NCBI GenBank assembly: GCA_028534125.1
Contig: CM052816.1
Span: forward strand, 95,358,001-95,422,000
Direction: 5' to 3'
DNA: 64,000 nucleotides
DNA from: Lama glama
Lineage: Eukaryota
Shown here one piece after another: positions 28,001-43,000 of this stretch. Under the pieces are notes generated by a model. The model did not search any database, had not been told where the DNA came from, and saw only the letters and a program-made list of their open reading frames with translations. Both the position numbers and the translations under genes were made by a program. Every line of letters begins with the position of its first letter. The stretch's first letter is position 1.

Positions 28001-31000
28001 TTTTATATGATCTATTGATAGGTAACATTAAATTCTGTTAATTTTGTAAAATTTGATGATACTATGGTTAGATTAAAAACTAGCCTTAAAATTTTCACAC
28101 TGAAAATTCTTAGAGTCTCTTTTCTTCAAGTCTTTCTTGCCATGTTAATAAAATTATAATTCATTCTTAATAAGATTTAATTATCTTCCCTTTATGGCAA
28201 AAACAACTGAACAGTATAGATTCAAAGGGGGAAGAAAGAATCATGAAGCAAAATCAGAATCAATCTATAGATCTGGTTGCCAAACCTTCGTGACCAAGTA
28301 TTTATAAGCAGAAATCTTCTTTTGAACAGGTATTCCTAATATTTTTACATTTGTTTATAAATTACACATATTTATTATTTTACTAATATATTATGTGTAC
28401 TATAAAGCATAAGAAATTTTTTAAGGGTAAGAAAAAACAATATGTAGAATTTTTCCTATTTTGTTCTCACACCCAACTCTCAGGATGACTCAAGCAGGCC
28501 CCAGGGAAAGGTAAACTTTCAAATTCAACTCTATTTATATATGTAAACATTAACTTGAATCACCAATTTTAACAATCTATTCCTGTCCATTATGCAGCAA
28601 CTACTAGATACTCGTCCTGAAATTAAGGTCAGTCTTTCAGGATCATTCCCTTCTACTGGAAGACAGCAGCACTGTAAGGTCTTATTGCTGCAAAGCACAT
28701 GACCACAAAGGTCTAAAAATGCTAGTGAAAACTGCAACAAAGCAATGCCAAGTAGGAAAGAAACGAGTGTTGCTTAATCCCAAGGACTATGTCCACCTAA
28801 AAGAAAAAGTCTATTCCTAAAAAGAGGAAAACTTCCTGCTTCATTTCAAAAGATCCTAAGTATAATGTATGTAAGTTTACTAAGGTGAAATTTTTTCCAT
28901 AGTATAAGCTTAGGAGATTGGATTAGAAAAAATTTATTTAGTTGAGATTTGCTTCGTATTAACGAGTTCTTACTTCTATAATTCATGCTTTAAAGGTGAC
29001 TTGTTCCTCCAGACATTAATTCAGCATTAAGTTTTTCTTGTAAGAACAAACACTGAAATCTAAAGATCATTTCTTCTCTCAAAGAAAACTCGGTCATGAT
29101 CAAAACGGTTTCACATTCTATAAATCAATTATTTTATATAATGGAAAATAAATGCAGAATTACCTGCAGACACATTTTTATACCCATATGCATGGAGAAA
29201 CAAAGAATGGGCTTCCTGTTAATTTGTACTATCTTAAATACCTATTGAAAATTAAGAATCAATGGAACTTTTTTTAAAAGATAGTCTGTTTCAATAAGAT
29301 GAATGTAAATTTCTTTTGCTCTTTTATAGAAAATATTCAGAAAATAATTATTTTTTGTCTCATCCTCAATGTACTTATCCAGTGTCTTTTTGACCACACA
29401 GCCTATTGAAGACACCGCTTTCTGCTCTCCAACAGAGCAAATAACCAGGAGTTTAGCAGAAGGAACTTGGGAAATCTTCGCCTGTCCTCAGCAGAGGTGA
29501 GGGTAACTCACATGCACTAGGGAAGGGATTTCTAAAAGATCCTCCCTATACAGCGATCTGTAGCCTGAAGTCTCTCTAAGAGAAATAAATCACAGCACAG
29601 TCTAACAGTAACCCAATTCGATCAGGCTTCACCTTGAGAAATGCAGGAACTGAACTCTAAAGCGCTGGTTTACCTGCCTCAGTCTCCTTTAAGCAGAAAA
29701 ACCTGTCAGCTGCATTTCAACCTTTTCTCTCATGACTCCCAATGGAGCCCTCACAGCTGCAGCTGTGAAAAGTGTCTGGAAGTGACCATATTCCTGGAAG
29801 CTGGTTCTGAGGGGAATTACACTTGCGGAAAGTTCAGTCTTCTCTCAAGCCTGCATCCATCTCTGTGACAGCTCCTGAGCCAAGGTCTCTGTAAGACTAT
29901 GGTCAGGATTTTAAGAAATGAAAACAAGATCTTCTGCCATAGGGAAGAACACACAGATAATTATTACAAATTTAATTTCGGAGTGGGATACTGTATATTT
30001 TCAAGTCAGTGTAAAATCAGCTTCTATAAAAAGGAGATAGAAATGCCCAACAGAAGCAAAGGTGGTAAGTACCTGCTGTCAGCGCTGCTTAGGAAAGAAA
30101 CTGTATACCTGGGGCCATACTATACCAGGTGACTGTCTAAAACTGTTTCATACATTCCTATGAAATAAAATCTTTTTAACAAGGCTCCTAGAAAACTAAA
30201 CTTCTACCATAATATCATAAATTAAAGCATAAACACCACTTACCAAAAACAAGAATGAACAGTGTGTTTAAAGACACCACCCAGAAGACATGTTCCTAAA
30301 GGAGAAGAGCATTAATAAAACATATTCATCTCCTATTTGATTTATGTTTACATTCAACCCATTTATTTAGTTACAAGATTGAAACTTTCACTATAATTTT
30401 GAGAATTCATTCAGAAATCATGTCCAACTTTTCATTTTTCATTAGAGAGCTCATAAAACTAAACTTAATAAAACTCGAAGTTCATAATGTTATGTATAGA
30501 AAAAAAAAAACCAAAGAAATCAATCCATACATATTTCCTCTTCAGAAATCAATACTCTACACCACAAACTACAAAGATTCTCATAATCATCAGACTTCAT
30601 TTAAGTCAAATGACACTAAAAAATTCCAAATAAAGAAAAATTTGAAAACCACACTATTTCTGAACAACATATTCATGTAAACTGTACAGCACCTCTTTCA
30701 GTGTGCTCTCACTACTTCCGCAAGGTCACCTGATCTTCTCTGGTCCCTCTCTCCCCTTGGCCGCTGATTAACTACACAGTTGTGCATTATCATCTCCAAG
30801 AGGACTCCTACCCAACTACCCCCCAACATGTACTTTTGTCATGCTCCACACTGACAATCACCAGAACATCCAAGCCCACTGGTCCAGACCCACCACCTCG
30901 CCTCCACCATCAAGTTAAATGATCCTTCCAAGGGGGCGATGGAAGATTTTCATGAATCTTAACATGGTAAGATTTTCTTTTTAGAAACATTATTGTAACC

Positions 31001-34000
31001 AGGCCCCCAAAATGCCACAAATCCAAGTGGCAAGAAGGGTGATCAGTTTGTCTAAGAGAAGAGTACTACGTTCCTTACCATGTGAGCTCCTATCACTTGA
31101 ATTTTTCAGCTTCTCTGCCTTAAGGGCTCCCAAACTGTCCTTATCCCCAACACCTTTTGTGCCTCAATCTCTAATTATCTTCTATAAAATTCCCTGCTGA
31201 CAAACTCCCCTCTGCTAAGAAAGACCTGACTAAGCCCTCTTCTGCACCTCTTGTGTCCTATGCACACTTTTTGTCACTGAGTCTTTACCTAAAGTTCCTT
31301 GTTTATGTGTTCATTTCTCTCTGCTAAACTACAAAGCATCTCTGAAAACAGGTGCTCTATTTCATTCACCTCTGACTCTCCCAGGAACTATCATAAGAGC
31401 TGGCACATAGCATATGCTAAATAATGTTCAACAACTGCAGGAAGTCATCCTGTGGTTTTTTTCTAATAATTAGAATGGGTTTGAGTCAACACCACTACCT
31501 CAGCGACCTCTATCACTCACCTATGAGGGACTGACAAAGTACAAGACAGACACGAGGATACGGACAGGTAAGACCTCCTATACTGACTGGGAGCAAGCCT
31601 TGAATAGGAGCTCACAAATATCACATTCTCACTAATCTATGAATTATCATCAGATATGTTCCTTAAAAACCTCACACTACTAACCTCAACTTCCTATTCT
31701 GGCTGCCATCCAGAGCCAGCCTGAAGAGGAAGCCAACACTGTGGACAGCAGAGGAGATTGAAGGAAATTATCTGGGTCTTCAATAACACTGCTGGGCCCC
31801 TGGATCAAGCACACCTGAAGCCCATCCTTTCTCTGGACTTCCTCTTAATGTTACTGTTTTGGTCAGTTGGGGTTTGGCTATCTGCAGCCAAAGTCATCTT
31901 GATTCCCAAAGCTACTTAAAAATCCCAAATGGCAAGTCATTTTATATTCCAGAACCTGAAAACAGCATCATTGCTCCTTAAAGAACAGGTTCTTTGAAGA
32001 ACTATTCTTCACCTTACAGTTGGACTCTTTACTAATAAGGTAAGGACAGGTGAGGTTCAGCAAACAGTGGGGCCTCTCTGTGAACACTGAAGAGCTGCTC
32101 TATTTTCACTAGTTCAGGAATCACTGCAAGGTGAGACTTTAAAAGAAAGCCCAAGTTTTCTTAACTACCATCAACTTTGTATTTTTCTTTTCTAAAAATC
32201 AAGTATTTTTAATAATTTCCTTTTTAAATAGCATTACCTTTATGCTTTGCCAATATTTTCAATACACAAAATGGACTTTCTCGTACATATCAGTAATCAA
32301 AAATCAAAGGACATTTTGACCTTTAGGATAAAAAGCCAGCATATACTGTAAATTTGAAATCACCGAATCACTAAGACAAGTAATTGAGTCACAACTCTAT
32401 TATTAAAAAGATCAGCTTTACTTACTAGAAAAACTAGTGATCCATCAAGTCCTAGCATCTAAAATAAATAACATGCATTAGTTCAAGATGCAACAGAATT
32501 TTTTACTGTTTATTAAAAAAACCTCATTTTTCTTTCAACATCTTTAAACATAATATGTACCCAATATCTTCCAATATGGTCTATCATTTTCAGAGAGTGA
32601 AAAACTTCTGTTCATGGGAGTTTTATAATTTGGATCTCCTTTTATTCCAAATCATACAATTATAAAGTTAAAAAAACTCCATCTTGGGTTTAATTCTTAC
32701 ATTAGATATGGAGCCAGTAAAGATTTCATGATACAACTGTATTATTTTGTCAACTGAAGCATCAGAATAACACTTCATTTTTGAAAGTCCACAATTTCAA
32801 GTTAAACACTCCCTATGTGGAGCAAGGTGTGTATTAAAGGCAGAAGACAGAGAAAGTCTTCAGTAGATCTTCACCATGTATTTTTAATATTTTCATCCCA
32901 AATAATATATCGCTTAATTTTCCCTAGAAATTAAAGTTCTGGTAACTGTTTTCATCCAATGTAACTGCAAAATTAGTGTATACACTGAACATACAGCCAA
33001 CTTTAAGATACATATTAGGATTAAAACTCTAGGATGCTTAATAGAAAGACGTCTTACTCACTCTTTCCCATGTAAGCTCTTCTGCAGCTCGGTCCCATTC
33101 TAAAGCATTCCAGTTCATGTCATCTGCAAATATAATTGTTAGTTTAAAGATTACTGATGGAACTTGAATTACAAATATAAAACATACTCTTTTAATTTGG
33201 TGTTTTATAACTGTTTTTGAGAAGTTAAACCACATTTAAAACTTTTCCATACTGAGTATTTACTTACTTGTTAGGTAATAAAGAACAGATATAAATAAAT
33301 ACAACATTAAAAATAAATTGGATGATTCTCGAGTGTGATAGTGTGAGAAAGGAAATAATGTGAAACAGGAATTCAACAGCTCTGAATCAAGAATGAATCT
33401 GGTGGCTTTGAGAAAAGTAAGGAAGCCAGGGGACCAGAATTCTCTGGGCAGAAGATGTGGTATGAAAGGCAAACAGGGAGCAGATCACACAAGAGGAATG
33501 TGAAACCTGGATTTTATTTCATTCTTTAGTATAACGGGTAAATCACTGACAGATTTTAAGGGCAAAAGAGCAATCCAAATACCATGTGGAGCAAGAATAC
33601 AGTGCAGCAAGAATACAAGAAGGAAGACCAGTTAGGACCTACTGCATTAGACTAACAGAAGGAAATGACGGCCAGCACTAGGGTAGCAGCAGTCCACATT
33701 CTCAGCGCCTAAAACACATCCCTGCCTCTCCTGCAAAGGCCTCTTGCTCCCATTACGCAACAAGCTTCTTCTCATCCTTCAAGTCTCAGCTCAAAGATTA
33801 CTCTAAGGTACCTGGGGAATCCTGCTTAAAATAGGTATCTCCCCAGTAGCATCCTCAGAGCAACCTGCACATTTATCCCAGTATGTAACAACAAGTTTGT
33901 TCACTTGGATACTCCTGCTTCGTCACTAGATCAGAAACTCCATGAAGGCAGGGACCTGGCGTTTTGAGTGCATGGGACACATGAAACACTCAGGTACCAG

Positions 34001-37000
34001 CAATGATAAGTGGACCCAGAGACAGTGCAACACTTAACAGGAAAACTCTAGTGCGGGAGGAGAGAAAAGAAGGCGGTGAGCTACTGACAGCTGACTGCCA
34101 GGCTGGTCTCAGTATTCTTTTATATTCCGGAGTTTTACTCCAGAAAGTGAGAAATTACTCAGAAAATGAGAAATTGGTTTCTCTGGGTGGTATCTGGCCT
34201 GTAGTATACACTTCAATTCTTCTTCTTTGGTATTAAAAGTTGCACTGACTCAATAAAAATGGCCAAGAAGTAAGATAAATCTGGATCAAATTTTTTAAAA
34301 AACAGAATCCATTCCAACTTACAAATAATTTCTTCCTATCCATCCTATAAAAAGATCTGTGTGAAGTAGAATTTTAAAACACAAAACATGCCCTGCTTCA
34401 TAGGAAAAAAAATATATGCGTATTCACACCCATAAATACAAGTTTGCCAAAATACAGTCAATACAGGTTAGAGACAGAATTTCAAACCCATTAAACTTTG
34501 AAAACTCCAGTCCTCCCCAAGGTAAGCTGGGAATGGACTCATGGTCACGAAGGAAGGGTGAGGACAGGCCAGCACCGTTACCCTGCGCCCCGTTGTTGGC
34601 ATCGGCTGCATCCTCCCCGCCTGCGTCATCTTCTTCCTCGTTCTCCTCTTCCTCCTCCTCCGCCTGGTCATCCTGGGCATCGGGGTTCTCCCCCACCACC
34701 GCGTTCTCCGCTGGTGGGTTTGCAGGCTGCTCGGGGGCCACATTTTCAGCACCATTGCCTCCTGCGGGAGCCTAAATGACAGAGGAGCACAGAAACTGCC
34801 TACCTTGTCTCAGTTGTACTCTGTTTCCAAATCGCACTCTCCCTGCTAAAGAAACAAACTAGCAGATACAAATTTTATTAAAAATCCAAAAATCAACTCT
34901 CAAGGGCATCTCTTCTTAATGTATGTGAACTTGGATCAACTTCATATATGAGAATTCAATAGCGTACATATTCATTCAGCATAATTCAGAGATTAACATT
35001 TCGCAGAGTATTACAGAAAACGGGTTAACAAATCTGGCTATCCTGAACACGTCATTTCATAATCCTTCTTTATAAGGCATCTCTTGTCTTTACTGACCAC
35101 TTCAGGCCTGAAAATATATTTGTGTGTCTATTTATTTGTTTGCACACAAACTGATATATAACTTAATTCACAGTTATCAGTGAACACTTGAGGAAAGGTT
35201 TCTAACTTCTGCTCAGTGGGGAAGCCTGTCCATATGGACCTTATCAGTTCCCACATGTACACTTCCCTGGCTCTTCCTGGGTTATGCTACCTACCAAACA
35301 CAAAGACCTAGCTGCAATTAATTAAAACACTGAATGCCTATGGGGTCAATGAAGATTCTAAAAGAACTGCATTAAATGCTTAAAAATATGAGGTACAATG
35401 ATAAAAGTATTAATACTAGGTAAGAACAGCATCCTTTCTTTATGGTCCCTTTTTTCATACACGTGGTTTTCAAAGGAGAAGCTGTACTCTTAATTCTGTA
35501 GAGAAAAGGTATAGCGGAATTTGATGAAATTAATCTTCACATTAAGAAAAGCAGAGAAGGTCCCCAAATGAAAAATTAAGTCATTATCATTTGAGTTAAC
35601 TTTATAGTCAATTTTTCCATAATAAAATTTTATGTAGTGCAAATTCTTTTTGTAAATAGCCAATTCTTTTTTTCTTTTTTACATTTTCAGCCCTATAATT
35701 TCTCAGCAAGCAAGATACTAAAACTCATTTATCATATCCTCTTCTCAACACCTCTTGCAAATGCTCTTACATCTAAGCATGTCATCTCTCATGCAGGAAA
35801 AGTAAAACTGTAGAAGACTGTTATCAACAATGTTTTAATTTTTCTATTTTTAGTAAAGTTTCTACTAAAAGCAACAAAGGTGAAGCATTTTACACATGAA
35901 GAAACTAATGAACAAAGAGGGTAGGGACCCTCCTTGATATAATGCAGCATGTCAGAAGCATCTGTAAGGAGGTGTGTCTCTCAACTTCCAAGCCAGCATG
36001 AAGCAGTTAACCCAGGCAAAGGCAATGAAAGAGCACTCCAGTACACTCCCTAACACTAGTCCCAATCTCGCTAGAAAACTAAGCCACAATAGCATTCTTT
36101 TGACTTTCCAGATCTTCCTTACTCTTCTCCCAAACCTTGTCACTGTCCTGCTTTGCAATGAGGGACATGGGAGTCAAGGGTTTGGGTCTCAGAGGGTGCC
36201 AATAATTCTTATGTCTTACCCAAATTAAGACAAACTCAGGGATGCAGGGGGTTACCTCATTCTGGTGATGCCCAGCAGCGTTGAAGGGTGGGGCAGCATG
36301 CTCCAGCCAAATCGGGGCTCCCCCGTGGACTATCTGCTCTCGCAGCCACACAAGACTGATGAATGCGCACAGTGTGCACGTCACCACAAAACAACCCTGC
36401 AAACAATCTGCCAATAAATTGTCCCTATTTAAAAAAAAAAAGTACGTAGAATTATTCCAAAGAATATTTAAAAATTAAGAAACCAAAGATAGCAACATTT
36501 CATTTTACATAAAAATCCCAGAAAGAACAGCCAGAAAAGTCAGTCACACTTTCTGGTAAAAATCAGTCTTTCAAAACAGAGTTATTTCTGAGGATGGTGA
36601 CATTTTATCTATCTTATAAGATGGACAAATGTTTATTTATACATTTGTATTATATGTGTTTATATTATAGAAGGTAAAGAATAACATCAGATCTACATAA
36701 ATCAGCTATCCAGCCTCTATTTGAGCATGACTGAGAAAAAAGAAGGCAGCAAGCAAAAAACTGAAAGTAGCCAAACACTGGACAAAAGCCAAGCATTAAA
36801 TATATGTAATTTACTAACAGTAAATGACTTTGTCCAACCCTGACTAAGAATTTCCTTGTCCTTATTTTACACACGAGTTTAACAAACTTGACTAGCTGAT
36901 ACCTAAGCCCAAGAAAATGAACAGAATCAGCAACTCAGAAAGATGCAGAAGGGCCTCTAGAAAGGCCCGAGGACAAAGGCAAAGGAATCTGAGAGACAAG

Positions 37001-40000
37001 CAGCACACGATGCATGAGGCAAAGAAGCCTGTGGCACCTCTTACAAATGTCTCAGAAAGCAGATTAAATTTTGATGCTAACTGCAAATATACCAAAAGTG
37101 TATTAGTTCCTCAACAAATTCAGACAGATCAAGTATGGTTCCTTTATGACGATAGATGAAAATACACGGAGTATTGTAATACTGAAGATTTCTCTCTTTT
37201 CCTGTCTGAAGGCATATCCTTCCCTGGTCTATGGTTTCAGAATAATTCAAAGGTAACTCAGGAATCTTTGCAGCCTTCAGAAAATTCAGTATCATAATGG
37301 AATGACTTTTTTCCTCCACGGAGAACCTGAGGAAGGGTAGACCTCAGCCTAATAGCTCCAAACTGAACTGATGTTGCCCTCAGATATTATCTGGAATATA
37401 CCTTAATCAAAAGAGGAACAGTAATTATCCCCTTATTAAAGAACCCTCCAGACCATTAAAATTTTGACAGGTCTGGACTAAAACACCCTCTTCCCTACTC
37501 CTTCCCTTGTCATCAGTAGTAAGAATAGCAATTGCTTGTTACAGATTTTAAATGGTGACAAACTTTGTAAAATCCTTTTCCCTTCCCTCACACCTTGAAT
37601 CTGGGCTAGTCTGTGAACTGTCTGGACCAGAAGTGATATTTCCTAGGTTCTAGCTTTTGAGGTTCCACCCTCACCCTTTCGGAATTCTGCCAAGACTACC
37701 ATGTAAAGAAGCCCCACTAGCCTTCTGAAGATGAGAGGCCATGTGAAAGAACCAAGGCACCCCATCTTAGACCATCCAACCTCAGTGAAACCCATGTCGA
37801 ACTGAGGCAAGTCCAACAGATGAACTGATCAGCTGAGCCCAGCCCAAACTGCTAAGTCCCAGAAATTAGGAGTAAATAAAATGGCTGTTGTTTTAAGCCA
37901 CTACGTTTTGGGGACAGCAATCGTTTTAATAGCAATAGCACATGTTTTGCAGCAATAGTTAACTGATGTACTGTGCCAACAAGTGACCAGAAGAACTGAG
38001 CTACAGGGTATGTAGGAGCTGCTGAGATATTAAGAAATTTTAAGTAAAACTTCAGAATAAAAAGTATTCTATAGAGAAAATAAAACACTACTCAGAAAAA
38101 ATTAACGATTTTGTTATAAGTGCTTTCAGAAAAACTGGCTCAATTCTTCAAATTCTAAAAGGAAGCATGAGATTATAAAATCAACTTATGTTTACAGTTT
38201 CTTTCAACTATCCCCACCAAGCCTCCAGCATTCTTCCCATGTCAATGAGTAAGCACATGAAGGCAATTCAGGTGTGTTCCAATAACCAATCACGTCAGAG
38301 AGAAAAGCGCATCCTGCCAACATAAGGCAAACACCACCTCTCAGTTCTGGTGATAATTCTGCTATATGTTAACATAGTGCTCAAAATTCACATACAGTTT
38401 TTACATATATTTGTGAATTTAGTCTTGGAACAGCCCACCTACAACCCTGAGGCATGAGCTTCCTCATTTTATAGATGAGGAAACAGGGTTCAGAACTATT
38501 CAATGATTTGCTCAAGGTCCCCAAAACCTGGTAAATGCAGGAACTTTTTTATTCCATTATCAGGGTTCCCCCCCACTTTACAACAAGCTACCTCGCTGCA
38601 TCACCTAAGTGATCACATCTGTCAAACAACCAGATGTTTAATGATTCCACCAACAAGAAGTGAAAGTGGTAGGTAAGTGGAATACGGCCTGTTTATCTGG
38701 CATTTTCACTGACATAAGTGTTTTTCACAAAGCCAAAGCATACCAATTTAAGTGCTGGTAAAATTATCATATTCAACGATTTAAAACAGAAACCATTAAA
38801 GAATTAACATATCTCCACTTTACTGAACAGCACAGATGGGACTTTGAGTCACCTTTTCTAAACAACTGAGATACTTACTGACTGGCTGCTACACTGTTCT
38901 CTCAAAAACTACAATGATAAAATACAACTTCAGCCTCGAGCTGAACGGAAAAAGACTGCCTATTTGAAATGGTTCTTTTATGAGTTCATAAATGCTAAAA
39001 TATAGTTTCCATCACTCTTAGCAGTCACCCCTTGCTTCCTTCTGACCTCCCTCGCCCATTCTTTCATGTACTTTTATTTCCTATACAATTCCTAAATGGA
39101 AGCCAGGGCTAAGCTATGTCACATACACAGAGATGGCACTTCACCCATTTAAGACTGATTCTCCTTGCCAATATACTAAGACTGTGTTCTGGATGGCTGA
39201 AATAAAAACCTGATGTCCAGAAATAGGACTACTGTCTTATTTGTTTCCACTGAATCACTTCAGAGGTCAGTATTTTCATACAAAGCGTTATCTTATTACA
39301 TCATTTCCAAACTCTCAAGTGTGTCAAATTACTGCTTCTCCTTTTTGTCACAGCCACAGCCATTAGTGCCCTATTCTCAAGATCCTTGTCTGCTTCTAAA
39401 TATTACTTCAAAAGCTGTTCTAATATAAGTAAGGTTCAAGTTCAAAATCTTTTATCTTATCTATTCCCTTTACTGTCAAAGAAACAGAGATAAATTAAAT
39501 AACTTGCCTGCTCTATCCAAAAAGGTGTAACCAGCAAATAGGAAAACCAAGTTACAGACACGCATAATGTTTCTAAGTATTTTCAACCATGACTAAAAAT
39601 AATGATGCAGACACAAGGCACTTAAAGAACTCCTTCTTGATTTCTTTTCTGTCAGAAATGCAACATGCTCTCCTGCTCTCTTCTATTGCCATCTGACTTA
39701 TTTTTACGGTAACATACTCTGAATGTTTCTGTTCTGCAAGAGGGTCTTATATTGTTCTTTGCCTTCACTGACATGGAGATCAGAAACCTGAAGTCAGCTG
39801 GGTACAAAAGAAGATTTAGCAGAGACGCAATCTTTTACAAGCTTAATATTCTAACGATTTTGATACAGTTAATCATTTACAGCATTTCTAATTCTAACAT
39901 CAATAATAAATGAAATACATATGTCTTCCCCAAGAAACTGCAATTACAATGCTTCACATCAAAGTAAGATACAGTAAAACAACTACAGTGAACAAGTTTT

Positions 40001-43000
40001 TAGAGTACATATTCTAATAATCACAAAAAAAAAACCACTTAAAGAAATTTGAATTCAAATGTCTGTGCTGTTAGAAACACATGTTTAAATGAACTGCCAG
40101 CACATGACTATGTGGAATACAACACTTCTCACACTGCACGACAGCTTTTCTAACTAGCTGTCCCACCATTACCAAACAGTCCTTTAAAAGACAGGTATGT
40201 TTTAAAACATCATTTATGGATGCCAGCTACTTCCACTGTAGCTGTAACTGCTGGAATAGGTAACAAATTATATTTGTCCTTGCAACAGAAGGACTTCTCA
40301 CATTACAACAAAAACAAGTATGGGAAGAAAAAACGAGCACCCTTTACACTGCACCGCCTTCCACCAGCACAAGGTCAATACTCACGTGGACAGCATGTCT
40401 AGTGGCAGTGTCAGGAGTGAGCTCACAGAGCCAGTAAACAAGCACTTGTAGATACGGCCTACCAAAAAAGGGCAAGACAGCATACAATCACAACTCTCGT
40501 CATGAATTCGTACAGCTGCTCAGTTAAACAGAGGTAAAGTGGGACACCATGAATGCCACTGAAATAAACAGCCTTTTCAAGTTTGAGTCTCAAAATACTA
40601 AACTAAAACACAGTCAAGCATTAAAAATAGTGACAGTAAAGAATAAATGTTACACAATAATGCTAAGGTTTAGATTCTTTCCAAATTTATTTGTTTTTAT
40701 TAAATGAGCTTAAACATTTGGGGGGGGGGGACTCAAGAAAAGATCTCCAAAACTGCAATATGGAGAATTTTTTTTAACCTAGAATTCTAAAATTCATTAA
40801 GCCTGCTCATGAAAACAAAGTTTTGGGGGTACACATTTTTGAAATTAAGAGGACTTTTCAGTAGAGTACATGCCTCAATGCTATGATTACCAAACTAACA
40901 ATGAATTTTTTTAAAAAGACAGATTCAAGGGTCCTCAAAAGGACAAAATCTTAAATCTGGCCCTGAAGGGAAAAGACAAAGTATGGCTGAATACACAGCC
41001 ATCCCCTTATCCCCTCAGTCAGAAAAAGTAGGAACAGATTTGGAAATGGGGCCCAAGAGCTGAGGTTTTCTTTCAAACCAGTGCTTTTGTATTAGTTTAA
41101 GCATTCCCTATAGTCTTGCACCCAAAATTTAGTGACTTTAATGGCTATTTTCAAAAGCCAAGTCAAAATGGAAAGATAGGAAAAGATTTTCTCTAACAAT
41201 TACTTACATATGTGTGTAAAATAGTGAAAGCAAGAATGTCTGTAACAAAGTAAACCTGACAACAAGTCAACTGTCTGCAGATAATAACATTTACAGTCAT
41301 AGTGGAAGGCTAACAGACTTCTCTGAAATCACTAGATCAAATATTGAAAACTAAGTCAAAAATTAAATAACAGTTAACAAGCTTGATTTCTCTTCTGACT
41401 AGTTTACATACACACTCATCCACAATTAAAATCTAAATTATATCACACAGTACACATTCTGTAACCTTTTTCCTTAAGTTAGCAATGTACCCATGGTGTC
41501 TTTTCATGTAAGATGTTGAGCTACCTTATTTTTAAGCACTCTAGTAAGGAGGCCTCTAATTTATCAATCTGTTTTCTTGTCTACACAAAAGCTCCCTCTC
41601 TTTCAATCTCTTTTACCTTCTGGAACCACTTATAGACAGATACTAAAACATATGATGTAGTCTCCAGCTCTCAAAATTTTTTTCTCTCAGACTTGCAACA
41701 TCCTTTCTCCGAGCTACATCCTAGAGAGGCACTTGCTCAATCTTCTAGCTCACTAATTCACTCTTCAACAGTACCTATTCTGCTATTTGGTGTATCTCCC
41801 AAGATATTCATTTTCATAAATGACTGAGTTTATTTTAAGAAGACATGAGGATATTAATTATACTTATTCAAAAACCTTGTTTGTGTTTAACTCTAAAGAA
41901 TCATATCTATCTACTCTGGCACCTAATTCGATCAATCCCTCCCCATGACCTCAAGAACAACAAAGAACCTAAAAGGAATCTACTAATTGTGAGCATACCA
42001 ATCTCCCAGGGAGCCTCCTATGTTTCCCAATTATTCAGGATCATTAGATAGCTGTTTTTTAAAAGAGGATAAAACAAATCTGAAAAAGAATCCATCTTTT
42101 GCCATCTTTGAAAGCTCTAATAAACTTTGAGGAATAAAATTCAATTTCCATCCAATTATGGTTTCATTTTGCTTTTCCAATTCTTTCATGAACCCTAATT
42201 TTTAGCCTCTGTATGCTGTTTTCCTTTTCCACATTCATTCAAGAAACTGACTAGTTAAAAAAGTTCTTAATTCAGGTTAATAATGTTCTCTAAGTGAGGC
42301 TTTCCTCATATATGACATTATAATATCAAATTATTAAATGTCATTCAAACAAGTATGTGATACATTATCACTTTATAATATTAAATAGTTTTGCAATGTT
42401 TAAACAACTCCAACCACAGAGGAACAAATACTCACATGCTGTAAGAGGAACGACTCCCAACCATGCGAAGGCCACAAGTGTATAATGAAACCAATATCGT
42501 ATTGCAGTGCCAATACTGGTAACCAGTCCAGCAAATATATCTTGGATTGGAAGCCGTGAAGGCATATCTGGGGAATAAACTATAAGGGGGAAAAAGGTCA
42601 TATAATTTCATGAAGATTAAAAGACAGCTTATATGCTAGGCACCTAGAGCTATCTTAGCTTTCAGTATTTGTTTGGCACTGAAATATTTTTCCTATAAGA
42701 AAAGTGAATCAAATGATTACAATACAGGGGGAGGGTACAGCTCAGTGGTAGAGTGCACACACAGCATGCACGAGGTCTGGGGTTCAATCCCCAGTACCCC
42801 CATAATAAATAAATAAGCAAACCCAATTACCTCCCCCACACTCACAAAACAACAACAACACATATATACATACGTATATAATACCACATTTACCCAGAAG
42901 TCATTTAAGAGAGCAAATCACGTAAGAAATGTGGAAGTCAACAAAAAAGGCCTCTGAGCAGGCAAAAAGATTCAAGAGAAGTACGCATCCCTCACTCACA

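Noticed and set aside
34416..34779. Overlapping Ser/Pro/Arg-rich ORFs
   Set aside because: Antisense or alternative frames of GC-rich exon 7
42727..42800. tRNA gene
   Set aside because: A and B boxes belong to a SINE head followed by an A-rich tail; no complete cloverleaf evident
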